Source of the DNA: Balanoglossus misakiensis
Lineage: Eukaryota > Animalia > Hemichordata
NCBI GenBank assembly: GCA_040954595.2
Contig: CM082584.2
Span: 12,995,166 to 13,059,165, forward strand
Direction: 5' to 3'
DNA length: 64,000 nucleotides
A program made the position numbers and the translations under genes. The notes under the pieces are model-generated. The model saw nothing but the letters and a program-made list of their open reading frames with translations. It searched no databases and had not been told where the DNA came from. Position 1 is the stretch's first letter; the number at the start of each line of letters is the position of its first letter. Shown here piece by piece: positions 38,201 to 63,595 of this stretch.

Positions 38201-41200
38201 ATTTGCATCATCAGTTTGAAATGTTAATCACAGCCTACCCGAGCACATATTTACCCAGTGCTCACTGAAATCAGATCGTTATACTCGTAACACCACACAA
38301 CATGGTCCAGGCCAGCTAGATCTGCATCAGTGTCTTACACTCAGCCTGTGAATCAAGTCTTTCGTGAAAGTGTTTCCATGGTGATCTGTTACTTTCTTAT
38401 TGTTTACCCATTCTCCTTTGTCGAACCCAATCACGGTGTATTCAGTCTCGGTTTTGGTGGAACGTGAAATGTGGAGATGGTGAGTAATCAAAGAGAAGCA
38501 AGCACTTCAGGTAAAATTCAATCTTGTATTAAGGGATTTATCGCGGGAAGTTATCACAGATGCTTGTTTAGCCTACAGGTACTTGCTTTCCTGCTTGACT
38601 GACTACCATTCCCAGGTAGTTAGGATTTTCCCAGTGCCCAATCTCTTAATCCGGACATTTCCAGCTTTTTTTCACCGAAATCTAATTATTTCCTTTCTGT
38701 GTTTTTATTACAAACACATGTCCTGTGTTTTCACAAAGACGGTTTCACAGCAATCTTCTCGCAGATGTGAATTGTGTGCTTGGCTTGCGAGTGAAATGTT
38801 ATACCCATCTTTGATTGCAAGGAATGCAACAGCAATTGTGTTTGTTCCACGCAATCCTGATAAAGAATTCCAGACACGAAGAGTGAGAAAACACAAAATA
38901 TCAAATTTAATTAAAAGGGTATGCACTTCAATTGTTGATGAAATGGATTTTAATGTTGTACCAAGCCCTTTCACAAATTTTACAGTCATAATATTTTTCT
39001 TGTCTCGATCATGTTACTCTTGCAGTGAAATACTAAATGACACTTGTATCATATCTGTATACTTGACGAAAATATGAATTCAAGATAATTTTAGTCTACA
39101 GGAGAACAGAATGGCATGTCGGGACAAATTTGTGAAATTCTAGAGACAGATGTGACACATGTGTACTCGTGAGTTGGAAGTGACTACGATGTGATTTGGT
39201 TTGAAGAGTAACTAGTAGTTGTTTGTGTAAAAATGCCGAGGCTGAGAGAAACATGGTTTGTGTCCGCTTGTATGACAGGTGTTCAGATCTACAATAATTT
39301 ATTGAAGCAGTCAAAGAGGTATAAGTAACATGAAATGTCCAAAATCCATAAAATTGGTATTTCTTTGTTTGACCAACATGCACACCAGGTGTACAAATTT
39401 ACGCTTCTTGACAATTTGTTAGGATTCAGTTTGATCAGTGATCTGACAACATACATGGGCAAGCTCTGTCTGTACAATGAGTACTGATGTTGGAAATCTC
39501 CGTTTGGGCTCCTTGAGATAGATTTGTTTCTAAATTGGCTCTCTGAAGTTGACATGTACACTGCCACCTCTCATTTGGCGACACCACTTTACTTTCTTGT
39601 CCAAATTAGATTTTCCGACACCACTGGGTCCTCTGCGATTTCACTCACGTCACACGTGTCATTTGATTCGCCCGAGAGGCTTTTGAGGATTAGCATCTTG
39701 CCGTGGGCAATAACTTTGACGCGTAGCTACTGGGTCACCTGAGACTCTGGCAACCTCCTCTGTAAAGAGATATTTGAAATTTAACACTTGAGGCCTAAAC
39801 AATGTTCCTACACAGTACTATTGTTGTTAATCAAGGGATTTTGTTAGTTTATGAGGTCTCCCATGCGGTGCTCTTGACAGCCGAGAGCTTGTCCTGGTGA
39901 GGCCATGAACTTATTTCAGGCCTCTAGAACTTTGCCAGACATCTTTGAGACCAGCTTACATTTTACTGGTCTTTGTCATCCAAGTATGTTTATCATCCTC
40001 CCTGTGATGATAAAATTATTGCATTTGTTAATGTTGCAAATGTAATGTGAACAACACTCATTTCCACTGCGCACAGGATGGAAAGATTGGTTTGTCTCTC
40101 TGGGATCTTTTGTCCAAAACTAACCTTGACTGCAGGACCCATATCTTGAACTGCAGTAATAGTGTGTTGTATGTATACACTGTAATTTCTTTGGGCATTT
40201 TGTGAACCAGGACCCCCAGGTAGATCAGGATTAGGGTTTCAGTTAAGTAAACATGTCATGTACAATGTTGGTAACAATATAGCTCTATTTGGATCTAAGG
40301 TCATGGTCAGTGGCCCGCCCTGTCTGAGGAGAGTTGAAACACGGTTTTATTTGGGCTGGACTTCACCTATTCACCCTTGTCACATTATAATTCTGAGAGT
40401 TATTAGTGGTACATTGAAAATGTCACATTTGAAACAAACATCTTTAATGTAATGTTAGAATATACCATTAAAATGTACATACATATTAATATACATGTAC
40501 ATGTGTAGTTATTAAAGTGTTCCTGTTGTTAAACATTTGATACTTTAATAGGGGCAATAATTCTAGCTTGATTCATTTGGAATGTTGATTTCATTCCCTA
40601 TAAATAGGAATTAAAACACTTTGATGTTGGTTACTGTACGAACCCAAACTGACTGATGGGGGCTATCGCAAGAGAAAAGGCCCTTATTCATGGATTTGGC
40701 GATTTGAATTGTTGTCATATATTTTGATAGCGCTCATATTTTTCCTATCAAAATACGACAATAACTCAAAACAGCGACATCCTTGGATAAGAACCCTTTT
40801 CGCCTGTAGAGACCCACTGACACCAAACACAATATGAAGAGGAATGCGTGGCACGTTAAATGACACGGAAGTTGCGACTAAGATCACCTTGAACTTGAAG
40901 TCACGTTGTCTCCAGGAACAATGATTTCCTTAGAATTATTTGGTGTTATTAACTAAGCTTCATTAGCTAAATACAAGAAAGTGGAGACCCTCCCAGAATC
41001 TGTAATCTCATAATGGCTGCACAATGAGCTTTTGAGTTCCCGCTGTTTGGATCGACTATGTAGCCCCGCCCAGATAAGTAAACTTTGCACACCAGCTGGT
41101 CTGTGTGGCAGACTCCAGATCTGTTTGACAACACAAATGAGGTCAACAACAAAACAAAAGCCGGTGGTTGTGTTCCATTGCTGTCTGTAACACAGTCCTC

Positions 41201-44200
41201 AAAACAGTTCGGTGTTTTCCACTCGTGCATAGCGACTGACCCTCTACATCTTGTGTTTCTTGTCAACTCGCAGGCCTGGTGAAAATCCTGTCAGACATTG
41301 ACAAGAGCAGCTTATTGCAAGTGGATCATCAGGCTAGCAAGATTATTCTGGCTCTGTAGGACATTGCTGTACCACATACAAGAAGTGAACCTATATTATA
41401 TATACAGACAAGTGCAAGAAATACTTTCTGAAGTAAGTGATATTCCACATTCAAACGGTCATTTTTTTCGCTCATGTTTGTTTCTTTTTCAGGCATATCT
41501 GAACAGGAGAACCAAGATGATTAATTTTTTAATCCCTGGAAATAACTTGAGTTTAATTACAGGAATCACAGAACATAGGCTGCTAGGAAACGCTTGAAAT
41601 ACAGGGTGGGGTACACACGGTTGTTAATGCAGATCTGGTGGATTATTTCTCCCTTCCTATTGCCCCGTCGACCTTTAAACTGGCTACACCCACTTTTATT
41701 ATTAGCCCAATGTGTTTGCATATGGATACAGTTAGTACCACATTAGTGGGCCATCAGAAAGAGCAACATTTTGACAGTTTTGTTTGCAAGTAATAAACTG
41801 GAGAGGATGATAGATTGTCATCGCATCAGAGAAAGCTGTTTCCTCATTGAGATAGAGCTTTGATTCGAACAAGTCAGACATAACCTGTCTTAACCTCACT
41901 TTTGTTCGAGGGAGCCCAACTGTCGGAGGAGGTTTTTGACGTTATCACAATTTATGTCAGCAATTGCCCTAAATACTGAAGGGTGACAGGACCACCCAGA
42001 TCAAAACACCCAGGTGCTATACAATGTGGTCATGTTACAAAAGGTGTGTGCCCCAGATCTTGCTGAACCACAGAAGTGCCAGAACTGTACTGACTTGGAT
42101 AAACATTACAAACTTGAAAGTCATTGACAGATGATAAATTTTACATGCATAAGTGACATCCATATCAGACACTTCCATCATCGGAGCTATGGACTTTGTA
42201 TCCTTGAATTGTCTTGAGTGCATCTTGCAGTTGCAGTCTGTGTGTTTCATCTCTTCGTGTTGACACTTAACTGATGAATTATCCGGACAGCAAACTACCT
42301 AGCCACTTCATTGATGATATCAAGACTTTGGCGGATAATTACAAGACTTATTACAAGACATTAATGTATTTGAACTGGAAATGACTTCATCAGATCTGAT
42401 GTCACTTCAGAGGTGACAAGGTAAACATTACTACCCATCGAGCTTTGGCGCCTTCAGATCCAATTTTGATGTAAAGTGTTACATTTGATGTCACCTGTAG
42501 AAACGAAGTGTTTCTGAATCAGTAATTTGCCAAGCAATGTCGAGATGTAGTCAAGAGATTGGCTGGGATGCATCCTGTCTGGATAGTTTTACCCCACATG
42601 TTTTGTAACTTTTTCATTCAGAATTTTTTGTAGATGCATGTTGACGGGACAATTCAGAGTCTTCACCAACTGGTCAAACAAAACCCATCTGATATTGAAA
42701 TATTTTAAACCTTGATTAAATACATCATACGTGAGGGAATTTCAGTGCCACAAGGTCCCAGAGCAAACTCAAGTATTAATCGATATTTTTGGGTCACAAA
42801 ATATTTGAAATTTCCCTCATGATCAGAGGTTACGTATGTCAAACTGGATTTCGTTGACAGAGGCTAAGATCAAAGGCTTCAACATTTTTCTAGTCCATTT
42901 TTAACAGTTCTGTGCATCTGACTCTTGACCTCAAACTAACTGTGAAAATTACCACAGTATCAGCAAGTATGCACAAATATTGATGTGGCAATCTGAATTC
43001 CCGAAGTCGCTTCTTCAAAGTCCATGATGTTGTGAAGCCAATAGTGAGTGACTGGTCATTAGAATGTTTGCAGAGTGCTTGTGACTAACATGATATTACA
43101 ACAGGTATCAGTTCACTGTTTTGTCTTAGCATGGAATGTTAATAGGAACACATGGCACATTTATTTTAGATTTAATCCATTGGATTTGATTTATTTCAGC
43201 GGAAGGACTGAACAGTTCTGAGTGCCAAGCAAACATGAGAGGGTTTAATTTTTGGGTGTGTAAGTTTTGATTCCAAAGTTTCAGCACTGGGTGTCTGGTA
43301 TGTCCTGCAATGTGGTGAGGGGAAATGTAGAGCATGGTAAAGTTGCCAGGTTATAAATTTAATCGATTGCACATAGCGACCCTGTCGACATTATCCTGAG
43401 CCAGTTCAGAGCAGAGTTGTCGGTCGCAGACGTTACCTCAGCGGTCAATCAGATATCACGTGGTCTGGTGTCAATGTCCAATTCTTTTTTTATTGTGGTG
43501 AACTTTCTACATCCATTCTCCAGTACCCTGCAAAGGACAGATCAATCACACAGGCTACCTAAGAACATTGTGGAGATGGAGATGGGTTAAAGAGACACAG
43601 TCTCTGACTTTTTGGTTTAGATTCTTTTGATACATGAAATCAGGACCAAGACATAACCGTGAAGTCACCTTGGAAATCAGGTCATTCTGCGTCTTGGGAT
43701 TTGCCATACAACCACCAATGCAATAATATCAAATAATCATCACATATCCAGTGACGTTTGATACAAATCGCATCGATGTGGATTGTCATACAAAAAAAGT
43801 AAATATCTGGATGACAATTCATAATGAAAGAGAAGATTAGTAATCTGTCTTCCTTGGAGTCTATCACCATGGTGGATAAAACCTGAATCTTCAAGCTTTT
43901 CAATTATTAAAACCTCCATGATAGAGATTACCAGGCTCTTGTTGCAGTGAAATAGTCAGTCTGTATGTATTCGACAAGATTATCACAAACTGCAGAAGAT
44001 CCCGGATCTGGTGATAGACGATTTGTGATGTGAACTGATTTGAAGATTCTGAAATGGGGGCAGGCCTGCAGAACATTTAACCAAAAGATCTAGTCAGTGA
44101 GTGGACCATGGAACAGACAACCACTGAGGCTCGTCTACGCTTCTAAGTTGACTCAGCAAAAAAGGACATTTTGGCCGCAAGCCAGGACGTTTTAACACCT

Positions 44201-47200
44201 ACCAATCTGGACACTCACTCTGTATGCCAATAACCTTTGACCCACAGTATCCATCAACGCAGTGTTTATAAATATTGAAAAACAATGTGATGGAGCTGCC
44301 AGGGGACAGGGTACATTGAAGGCTGTATCTGACTCTCTGTGGATACTCTGTAGATAGCAGATTGTGGAACGATTGTATTTGACTTGCGCCTCTCATGAAA
44401 AACAAATCTTGGTAATCATTCACTGCTGTATCTTTAGTCCAGTGCAGTTTGTTTGTGTTTTGGTAGAATGGATTTTACTGACAGTCTTGTGTCTTGGAGG
44501 TGAGCTTGCAGATTATTTTCCAAATTCTCATACAGAAGTCCATGGTGGTGATCTTTCTCTTGCCCTACATCATGCAAGTTCTGCTGCAGTAAATTGGCCA
44601 AGTCATTGTTTTCTCTCGTTGACTGGTATCTAACTTAGTCAGCCTTGTCGTCAAGATCTATTCACATCTACTGAAGAGTTGATCTTTCTATGTGTGTGTA
44701 TACAAGAGACTTAAGGCACATTTTCTGGGTTTGGCTACAAGACAAAAATTACCATGGAAATGCTTCTCTGGCATAGAAATTCAGGTGACAAGTCTGTTTT
44801 TCCGAATTCTCCGGGGATGGGTGGTACGCAGACAATCTTGTTGTATCAGGCACGCACCAATGTCTTGCCAGGTTATGTATTCAGGTGAGGTAATCTCTTT
44901 CTGATTCTAAAAAATAGGTCTGTTAGGTTTTGTGGGTGTTTGTCCGATAGAGTGTCTAGAGATCTGAAACATTGAAATCAGGATTGGTAGAAGGCATGAG
45001 TCTTGATATCACAGTTTAAAAGATCGTTCATCATAAATTGTTTCTTCCCTTGTGTATTCAGAACAAACACAGCATTTTTGATTGAAACGTTGCTAATTGA
45101 TATCCACACTTATTAATTTTGTTGATAGCAGGTGATGAAAATCAGGATTAGTATGAAGGAAGTTATGTAAGGGAATATTGAAGCAACAGGCAGGTGAATT
45201 CTCAGTGATGTACGTCCAATTCAGTCCAAGGTTCTGTTGACTGAAGCGGATTCCTGAAATAGCCTGTACACAGATGAACAACATACCACAGGCTACAGCA
45301 GGTCACTTGGCATCTAAGCATTCGCACACAACGACCGGGAAAGAGTGAGAAAGATTGTTTGCTTGAGTGCGTTTCACGGCGAGTGAAATCGAGTATACGC
45401 CTTCGTGTTCAGCTTGTGGGTTGAGGAGTTTTGCTTGATGCACTTGAACAATGTGCGGTGATCAGAGAAGGTGAGCTGCTGGTGTGGGTCCTCTGCCCTT
45501 CCATTGAAGATAGCCACGTCCTATAACTGCTTGAGTCGCCTTTTTCATGTTGCTGTCAATAGTGGTAGCTGTTCAGAGGTGTGAAGTAGATTAACTGTAT
45601 TTCTGTCTCCCTGATACACCTTTGGAAACTTACTTCATCTTTCACAAATGTTAACTCATAGTTGAAATTTTAATCATTCTATGCCATTCTTTTGTTTATA
45701 TTTAGGGAAGGAGTGAAATTAAAGTTTGTACTGACTGTCTCTACAGGTTGTCTAGTGTTTACGTCTGATAGGAGAACTATTACTTGCAATGTTAATTTGA
45801 TAACACTGCTGATTATCGTGACGGTCATTAAGGTCACATGGTGGGTCACATATGGTCCGTCTGGTGTCACTCTGACCATTGAGGACTCTGATGTAACATC
45901 CTTTTGAACAAGCACAGCAGCGTAAAAAATGTAAAGGCTATTAATTTGTTTCCTATTCAGGTACATGGCAGAGGCTAGTTGGTCAAACACGTGGCAGCCT
46001 TATCTGTCGGACATAAGCACAAAAGAAATAGATAGCGGCTTTTCTTACAGTGAAATATGTGTTGGTGATTTTCAGAAATAATGTCGCATACATCATTCTT
46101 CCCTTAGAGTTTATCAGACACAACCCCAGGGTTTATCAGCTGTTTGACTCCAGGATAATTAGCCAATTCAGCCAGTGAGTTGACTTATTGTCTGGGGCTA
46201 ATAATTATTCTACAAACTCTGCCTATGTGTAATTTTACACGTAAGCCACGATAAGGACTGTCTGTCACCTGGTTTCAGTTCAGCCTAATGTCACAATATG
46301 AAACACCATGTGGAAGTCAGTGGTGTTTGTGACATCCTGGTGAAATTTCTGGTGTTATAATTCTCAAAATCCAGTTCAGTCTGTGTCTGTGGTTGATTTC
46401 ATTGATCGAAAATGTAGGCTTGACACTCATGTTCTTTTACTCTTTGTTGGCTGAGATCCAGGCAGTAGCACAGGTCACTCTGTCACAGCCTAAGATTTAT
46501 CAATCCTTGGTTTTATGTTCGAGCTGTCTGTCGGTCAAGTACATCCTTAACCAGAAGTGAACCCATTTTTATGTTGGTACCAGTAACTATCCAAAATATA
46601 TGACCTATCCTTTTATTGTTACATTGACATTTTTATAAGAATGTCCTTTTTGTTTTATTGATGTGGAGTGACTTCTTCTGTTGAGGTCATCGGTATATGT
46701 CTCTGTTGGATCTTGTATCCAGAAGTGTCTGGGTCATTCTACGAAATTGGTATCATTACCTGTGCTGTTCTGATGATTTTGCAAGTTTTTATCATCACCA
46801 GATATTGTTCTCTAACATATCAAACATCTTTGACATTGTCACTGTGGTATATCGCATCGCCTAAGTCTTGGTGTAAGTCAGTGGTTTCTTAAAACCATGC
46901 AGGCCCGAATTTCCGGTAACATACCCAAATTTACCCGTATATGTGGAGGTTTAGGTCAGAGATGGTTAATTGCAGGGCAAAGCGATATAATGGTAGCTCT
47001 GTTATCCCTGGTGTTAACAAACGGATCAGTGGCTTGTAACCAGGTTTGATGCGGGAACAGTAAGTTTGCAGATTGTGATGTGGTCAGATTTTTTTAGGTC
47101 AGCCTTGTTGAGAGTATGGCAAGCAGAATGAGGTTAATCTCCCAGGATCAGACTTTATTTGCACCGGTGGGTTCTGTATGTGTGTGGGTGTGAGCATATG

Positions 47201-50200
47201 CGTGTGTGACGTAAATGTTAACTATCGGGGGTTGCCAGGTTCAAAGTTATTCTATCTGAGATTAGATACAGAAGTTCATCAGATCACTATCAAATTTAAA
47301 CCATCACTAACATAAATTTTTTCTGGCCTTCCAACCAACCAGCCAGCCGAAATGATCACTTTGGTCTTTTCATAAAACCCATGGCTTCGTGCTCTTTGAC
47401 ATTATAAAACACAGTGAAGAGCTTTTAAAATCAAAGAGGGCTGCTAACCCCTGATTCCTAAGAGTAGATCCAGTCTTTCCTCTGAAAACAATAGGTTTAG
47501 ACCAAACCATACTGATGACAGGGTTGAATGAAAAGCTTTTGTGGTAATATAAATGTTTTGTACCTCACCATGACCAATAGCATTCATTGCGTTGAGAGAG
47601 AAACTAAATAATCAGATGTTGGCTTTTGAATTCACAAAAGGCACTTCCTAGGGTCTGTTTAAGTCGGCATTAAAAGCTGAAGTCAGTGAAAGCGATGGAT
47701 ATACAAGTTTCAAGTAGCCTGTGGGAAGGGCTTTGAAATGTTTCTAGGCTGAGTTACATTGTTATTTCGGAAAGCATTTCATGCTAGATTTAGCAGCACC
47801 ACCGAAAATAGCTTCTCACGAATGTTACCCCCAACACGTGCATTTGTGTCGACTGTGTGAGCCAAGGTTAAACTTGCTTAAGTGTGAAGATCCAGGAAGA
47901 TGTGATCGGCAACTGGAAAATCAAAGGCAGGGAAGTTTCTTACATCTACAGCCTGTCCTCATGAGGATGACTAAACACATCACAGAAGGGTTTCCTATTA
48001 TCTGTTCTGTTTTGTTTACACTTTGAGGCAGGAGCCATTGCTTTTGTAGGGCTTCTATACTGTGGACTTCACTCATACTGACATACTGGTATAGTATTTT
48101 GCACCTACATACCAAGCATGTTCAATTGCTTTGCAGGATGAAAGGGAGGGGGGTATACAAGCGATGTTCACCAACCAAGTTCGAGTTGACATAGCAGAAA
48201 GTACATTCTACCAAGATACAGTTGATTCATTTGAAGGAAGCCATAGCGATGACTCAAAAGACTATGAATAGAAATCAAAATTCTGCTGTGCTTAGGACAC
48301 TCTGCAATACAAAGTGCACTCTTAGAATACCTTGTGTGTAGTGACCTGTGTAATGGTGAAAAAAAGTTTATGAGCAATGTTACCACATGCTGGTTTAGAC
48401 TTTCATTGGGCGTTTCAAGTTCACACTTCAATTCAGTGCGCTGCGAGTTCTCACGTACGGAAATAGTCGCCTATATCCCGGGCGACAGAATTTGTATATT
48501 GATAAAGTGCTTTACCACTCATATGGTACAATTACCCCATTTCATATTTGCTCATATTTTGTTGTGATGTTTCTCAGTTAATAATAAACATCAATTGAAG
48601 ACTTTTATGACTTGTTTGATAACTCAATGTAGGTCAGAGGTCTTGAAAACTGTCACATCTTGATTGGTGTGTGTGTGTTGTTAGATGCGATAATGATATT
48701 GACAGTGTTTCAGATAGGACAGATTTGAACTAGATCTTGGGGGTGCTATCTTTTCCTCTCTGATTGGATTTGGATCCAGGTACTTCTAGACAGGAACTGC
48801 AAAGCCTGCTGCCTGTGGGATATCTGACAACCGGTTTCCGCTGGTAACCAAGCCATATGCCTCTCATTTGAAGGTGACATTTATTATTAGAAGTTGGCAT
48901 TGAGATATTAGGATGGTATGTAACAGATTGGAGTGAACGCGGTCAGTTTTGTGGAGTGATGGTTAAGTGGACATTGTCACGATTAATGGATGGCCAGGGG
49001 CTGTAGGGTCAAATGATCTGTGTCAAGTTTAGACTCTGAGTGCCCACTGCACGTACTGCAGCCATAAAGTTGACCAGATTGGACAGCAGTAGGATGGAGA
49101 GAACATTGAGTTGAGTTGAGTTGCAAGATTCTTTTGACATTGGAGTTTTGTATGTGAAGGAGACGTACGTGAAAGTTAGTGTTTGGTGTAGATGTTTTCC
49201 GTTTCGACAAGCTGTGGTGTAGGTTAGTGTTATTAATGTATTCCCATGGACACAAAGTGAACAAACCATTCTTTAAGTGATGACAAAAGACACAGGGACA
49301 TTGGTATTGCCGATTTTATTATAACAGATTCATGTAAAATACAGGTAATTGGAATCATGGGACTGTTGCTTGTTGATGCAAGCCAATACCCAGTCATTTA
49401 AGAATCACCTTAATGTAGATATCCCACTGGGAAAATGCCAATCAAGAAACTACAGTTGTTTTGTTGTTTTATCTCTCTCCCTATGGGTCCAAATCCTTGT
49501 GTTCCCTAACCACAGGATAAAACCCCACTTTAATCCCACAGTTTTAAAAACCATTAATCCCACTATGCATTTGTGTTTATGTATTGTCTCTTTACAATAA
49601 TCAACAGTGTAAGTCTTGGTTATTTGACTTTGGTGCCAGATAGGTCTGTAAATTGATTAGAAACAACAATCGGATAAACTGTGATATAAACAATTCAAAA
49701 TAGGGCTTCCTTCAATTCATGGATCTCACTGCGGTGGTATTTTTCCTGCATTTTTTTGCATCTGTCAATTGTAAATGTTTAGGCTGAGAAGAATAGGGAA
49801 GATTTTTAAGTCGAATTCTTGAGCGTATATTGATTTCTTGTGCCATTTGTGATTTGCCGACACCAGTCAATGTTTTTAATGAGGACTGGTATGTGTCTGA
49901 TTATACCCAGGGTCTTCCAATGCAAGGTCAAGCATTGTCAGAACTTCTGCCGAGTCTTCTGTGGGTAAAGTAGTGATTAGGGCTCATTCTCTTGGAGTCT
50001 TTTTGTTTGACATAACACAGCCAGGACTCATTCATTGAGAATAGTGGTTGAACAGTTTGGTCATTCTAGTGTTCTGCCATTATGTCACAGGTATAGGACC
50101 ATGATTGTGGCTGTGGAGTGACAATGTTTTCTTTTCTCTATGTGTGAATGTGTCATTTGACGCAGATGTAATGGCCACTAAAGATCAGATGTTAATTTGG

Positions 50201-51364
50201 TCAGACTAACACACTACAAACTGAGAAGCCATTGTACAGGATTGGAAGGAAAACTAGCAACTACCAAACTCTGGTGTTTTCTTTGTAATACGTCTACAAA
50301 TTTGTTTATGAAGGCAAACTCATTACGCATGAGAATATTTTCTAAGGTACAGTCATCATGCAGAGGTGATGTGTTAGTTTAGTATGGGTTCACTGCATAT
50401 TTGTACCACGACTGGGATTATGACACTCTGACAGAATATCCCTGTGTGCTTTTAGTCTTAAAGTACAAACACCCACACACGGCCCAACCCACATGGGGTC
50501 GTGGTTCCACCAATCAACTCTCTGCAACGTGTGTGGGGATATAATGTGTGAGATTGTAGTCTGAAAACACTGGTTTCATTCATATCCTGGGTACCATAGT
50601 TCTGTCCGTTCTTTTCAGTGTGTCAGGAAGAACATTTTGGCGAGCTATTCCGTGGTATGTCTCTCTATTCCTTGTGAGTGCTTTGTTCTCTATTACTCTC
50701 ATGGTTATGGAAGTGTGCATTGATACAACTGTATATACACACTCTGTCTTTGGAAGGCTCAATCTATGGATATGTACATGTATATCGACTCATTGACTCA
50801 TAGGAAGCCCTATCACAATACATATAGTACGTGCCTTTGCTTTAGCTTTTTGTAGAACGTATCATTCTGTTATCGTGTTTGAAAATTTGTTGTACATGTA
50901 CTATCATTGTGAGTCTGCAACTTTTAACATGAATTATTTCATTTGTTTGTACTGAAATAACTTTGTGACAGTGACAATGGCTGATGACTCATAACGGGTT
51001 TTCCTGAATTAGGTTGTATTTATTGGTCTCATCCTCTTCCTTTCCATGACCAAAGAGTGGCATAATTCTGCAAAGATCTAATTACAGAAACTTGGATTGG
51101 CAAAGTTTGTACACAGACATTATACAACTGGATGCTCTGTTAACCATGCTGATCACACAAAGCTAACATCTAAATACAACACAGGTACTACATGAATGCT
51201 GTATAAGTGCAAGAATTGATTATTTCCACATGGTTGAAATTGTTTATTTTTCTTGTGTTATTTCAGATCTAGAAGCGATTGCTGAAGCCAAGACAAGAAG
51301 ACAAGTAGATGCAACAACAGTATGTTTGGTGGCAGCCTTTATGATCTTGCAACAGTGACCAAGC

Positions 51365-61067
<9,703 letters not shown>

Positions 61068-63022
61068 AACGTAGAAATGTAATCCCCAAAAAGGATATCT
61101 CACACTATACACTACCTCATGACGATAATTGTGTCATTGCAAACTCTGCCTGACACAAACGAGAGCATAGCTGCCTCCTGAGAAACAGACAGCTATTGAT
61201 ATTTTATCAGAATTTTTTAGTGTTTTTATTTAACAGATTTCAACAAGAAAATTCCAGTTCCAGAAAGACCTAAAAGTTAAGATGATGTCAGTTTGACGTT
61301 TCGACAGGATCAGTAAATTGCCAAAGTGAACATGGTGCCTTACACTTTAGAAAATATGACTTGTCCATTGTGAATGTATATCAAACAAAATCTGTTGAGA
61401 TGTCAGAGACATCACTTTTTTGTTTGTTTTTTAAAGCAAAATACAAAACACAAGCAGTATTACTTTGTTTATGAAATGTTATTTTCTCTTCTGTCTGTAA
61501 ACAACTGTCTTGCCATGAATGAGAGAAATTGTATAATCATTCTCTTGCAGTGTGTGTCTCAAAGTTTGTAACAACCAACAGTTGAATATACATGTATGTC
61601 ATTCATTTTATGTCCTGCTTGTGAGATGGGGTTAAGGGTTAGGGGGCGATTTATGTTTCAGAACATTGACTATTTTATCTGTGTTTTTCTTTCCCCAGAA
61701 GGCATTGCAAACACGGATGATTGGGTATATATATTGTCAGTGCTGGCATATTTGACCAGATACAATTTTCCATATGTTGTTTTTTTAATAATCCAGAAAC
61801 TATAGAACATATTTCTGTCACAATACATGATTCTCATGTATGCAAAATCTGAGTATTTTTTGACATTTTACATGTTGTAGTAATTGTTGTTATTTTTGAC
61901 ATCAAATCTGAAGCTTGTTTGAAGTCAGTTAATTATTAAGCAGTAGTGCAATAACAATTGTGCTGTGCCCAGTCACCTTTTGTGTGTATAAAGCAACGTT
62001 TTTCGTGTGTGTATCAGGTCATTTTAGTTTTTCATAACGAACATGGCTTTTGTCTACAGAAAATATCACTGTCTCCAGTTTCAAACGATGTAAAAATTCA
62101 ATAACTTCTTGATACATAAACTCTGACACTGTTCTTGTGAACAAAACACAATTTCCTAACTGCCACATGTAACCCATCAATAACATATTTACTGAATTTA
62201 TTTTGATTTCATTCTGACAGTCAACAAGCTTGAGTCTCTATGTATTTACATGAAACAGAAAACACTTCCCACAGTAATTTTGAGTAAGAGTCAATATAGA
62301 AGAGTGAAAAATCAATGTGTTTGTTTTTCTTTTAGCAAGTAAAATTTTGGGCTGTCATTAATATTATATATATATACTTATTTATATTCTGAAATTATAC
62401 ATGTACTGACCCATGACCTCAACATGGTGACCCATGACCTATGCAAAACAGCCAGAACTCAATATGACTCAAGCATTACCCATAAGTCAATGCTCCGTCT
62501 TGGAAAGAATGTGTGAAATGCGTTGGATATTTTTTTTGGTTGACTTTAATTTTGTTTTTTCTAACAGCATTTTTCAGTGAACATACAACCCCACCATGGA
62601 AATAATGTTAAGAATAGTTTTTTGTTGTTGCTGTATTTAAATTATTTTTGTAGTTGGAAAAACTATGAAACTTTGAATATTATGCAAGTCTCAGAAGGTA
62701 AATGGTACTCATTATTCATTTGCAGTGAAGTTCCATTTAACCTGGAGTATTTATAATGAATAATACTTATCGTATTACTTATGAAACCACACATAATGCC
62801 TTCTAACAGTATGAATGTTGCTTTTATATTTAAAATTCCCTTTCTAAGTTACAGCTATCATTACACCATGTCATAAAAACATTAAAAGTGTCCGATTGGT
62901 TGAAGGTAATACTCAGTTGATTTTTAGTTGGCCATAAGATATTTGCATTTATTCTTAGTCCGACAATCTCCCTTGAAAACTGTATGTGTAGAAAAGAAAT
63001 TGGCATTTTCTCACTATTAAGT

Positions 63023-63101
63023 CTGATTTCAGAATCTCTTGAGACGGACATTTTGATTGGACTGATTTCAGCATCTCTTGAGACGGACATGTTGATTGGA
63101 C
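63023..63101. repeat. 39-bp tandem duplication in the KANK 3' UTR region
   Basis: Two copies of ctgatttcag(a/c)atctcttgagacggacat(t/g)ttgattgga. Confidence 0.85.
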
Positions 63102-63524
63102 AGCCTGATCGGCGCTGTGAACCGAGAAGGATCTGTATAAATGCTAGTTTTCTCTAGGGCTCCTTATCTTTTTTAAAATAAGACCCAGGTGCAAGAACAG
63201 GTACCGGGCTTCTTATTTTATTGTAAATGGAATGTTTGATATATTTAAGTTTTCTAATTCCTTTGGTTTGTAATTCATCTAATGGGAGAAAGCGTTCTTT
63301 TTTTGTGTCTAACTGCTTATTTCCAAGTTGCTGTAGATTGTACTATCACAGACACAGCCAAGATTTAATGTAGAACTTTGGGGAAACTGTTCTAGTGTTT
63401 ATGGCTTTCCATTATTCTCTCAATAGCTTTTGTAGGCTACTGTCCGTACACTCCAGCACAGTTTCAAGCAGGGAGTAAATTTGTGAAACAACTAACGATT
63501 TATACAGAAAACATTACTTTATGA

Positions 63525-63579
63525 AATAAAACCCAATATTTATATACTGATATCAACGTTGTCGTGTGTTGACTTTGTT
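63525..63579 (+). terminator. Probable KANK polyadenylation signal with GU-rich downstream element
   Basis: AATAAA at 63525 followed by gttgtcgtgtgttgactttgtt; implies a ~2.5 kb AT-rich 3' UTR. Confidence 0.5.
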
Positions 63580-63595
63580 CCAAAGTACAGATTAA

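Noticed and set aside
20200-51200. Many 60-160 aa ORFs in the long KANK 5' region
   Set aside because: No domain motifs, no reverse transcriptase or transposase signatures and no consistent spliced chain; I also recognised no tRNA or known miRNA by eye.
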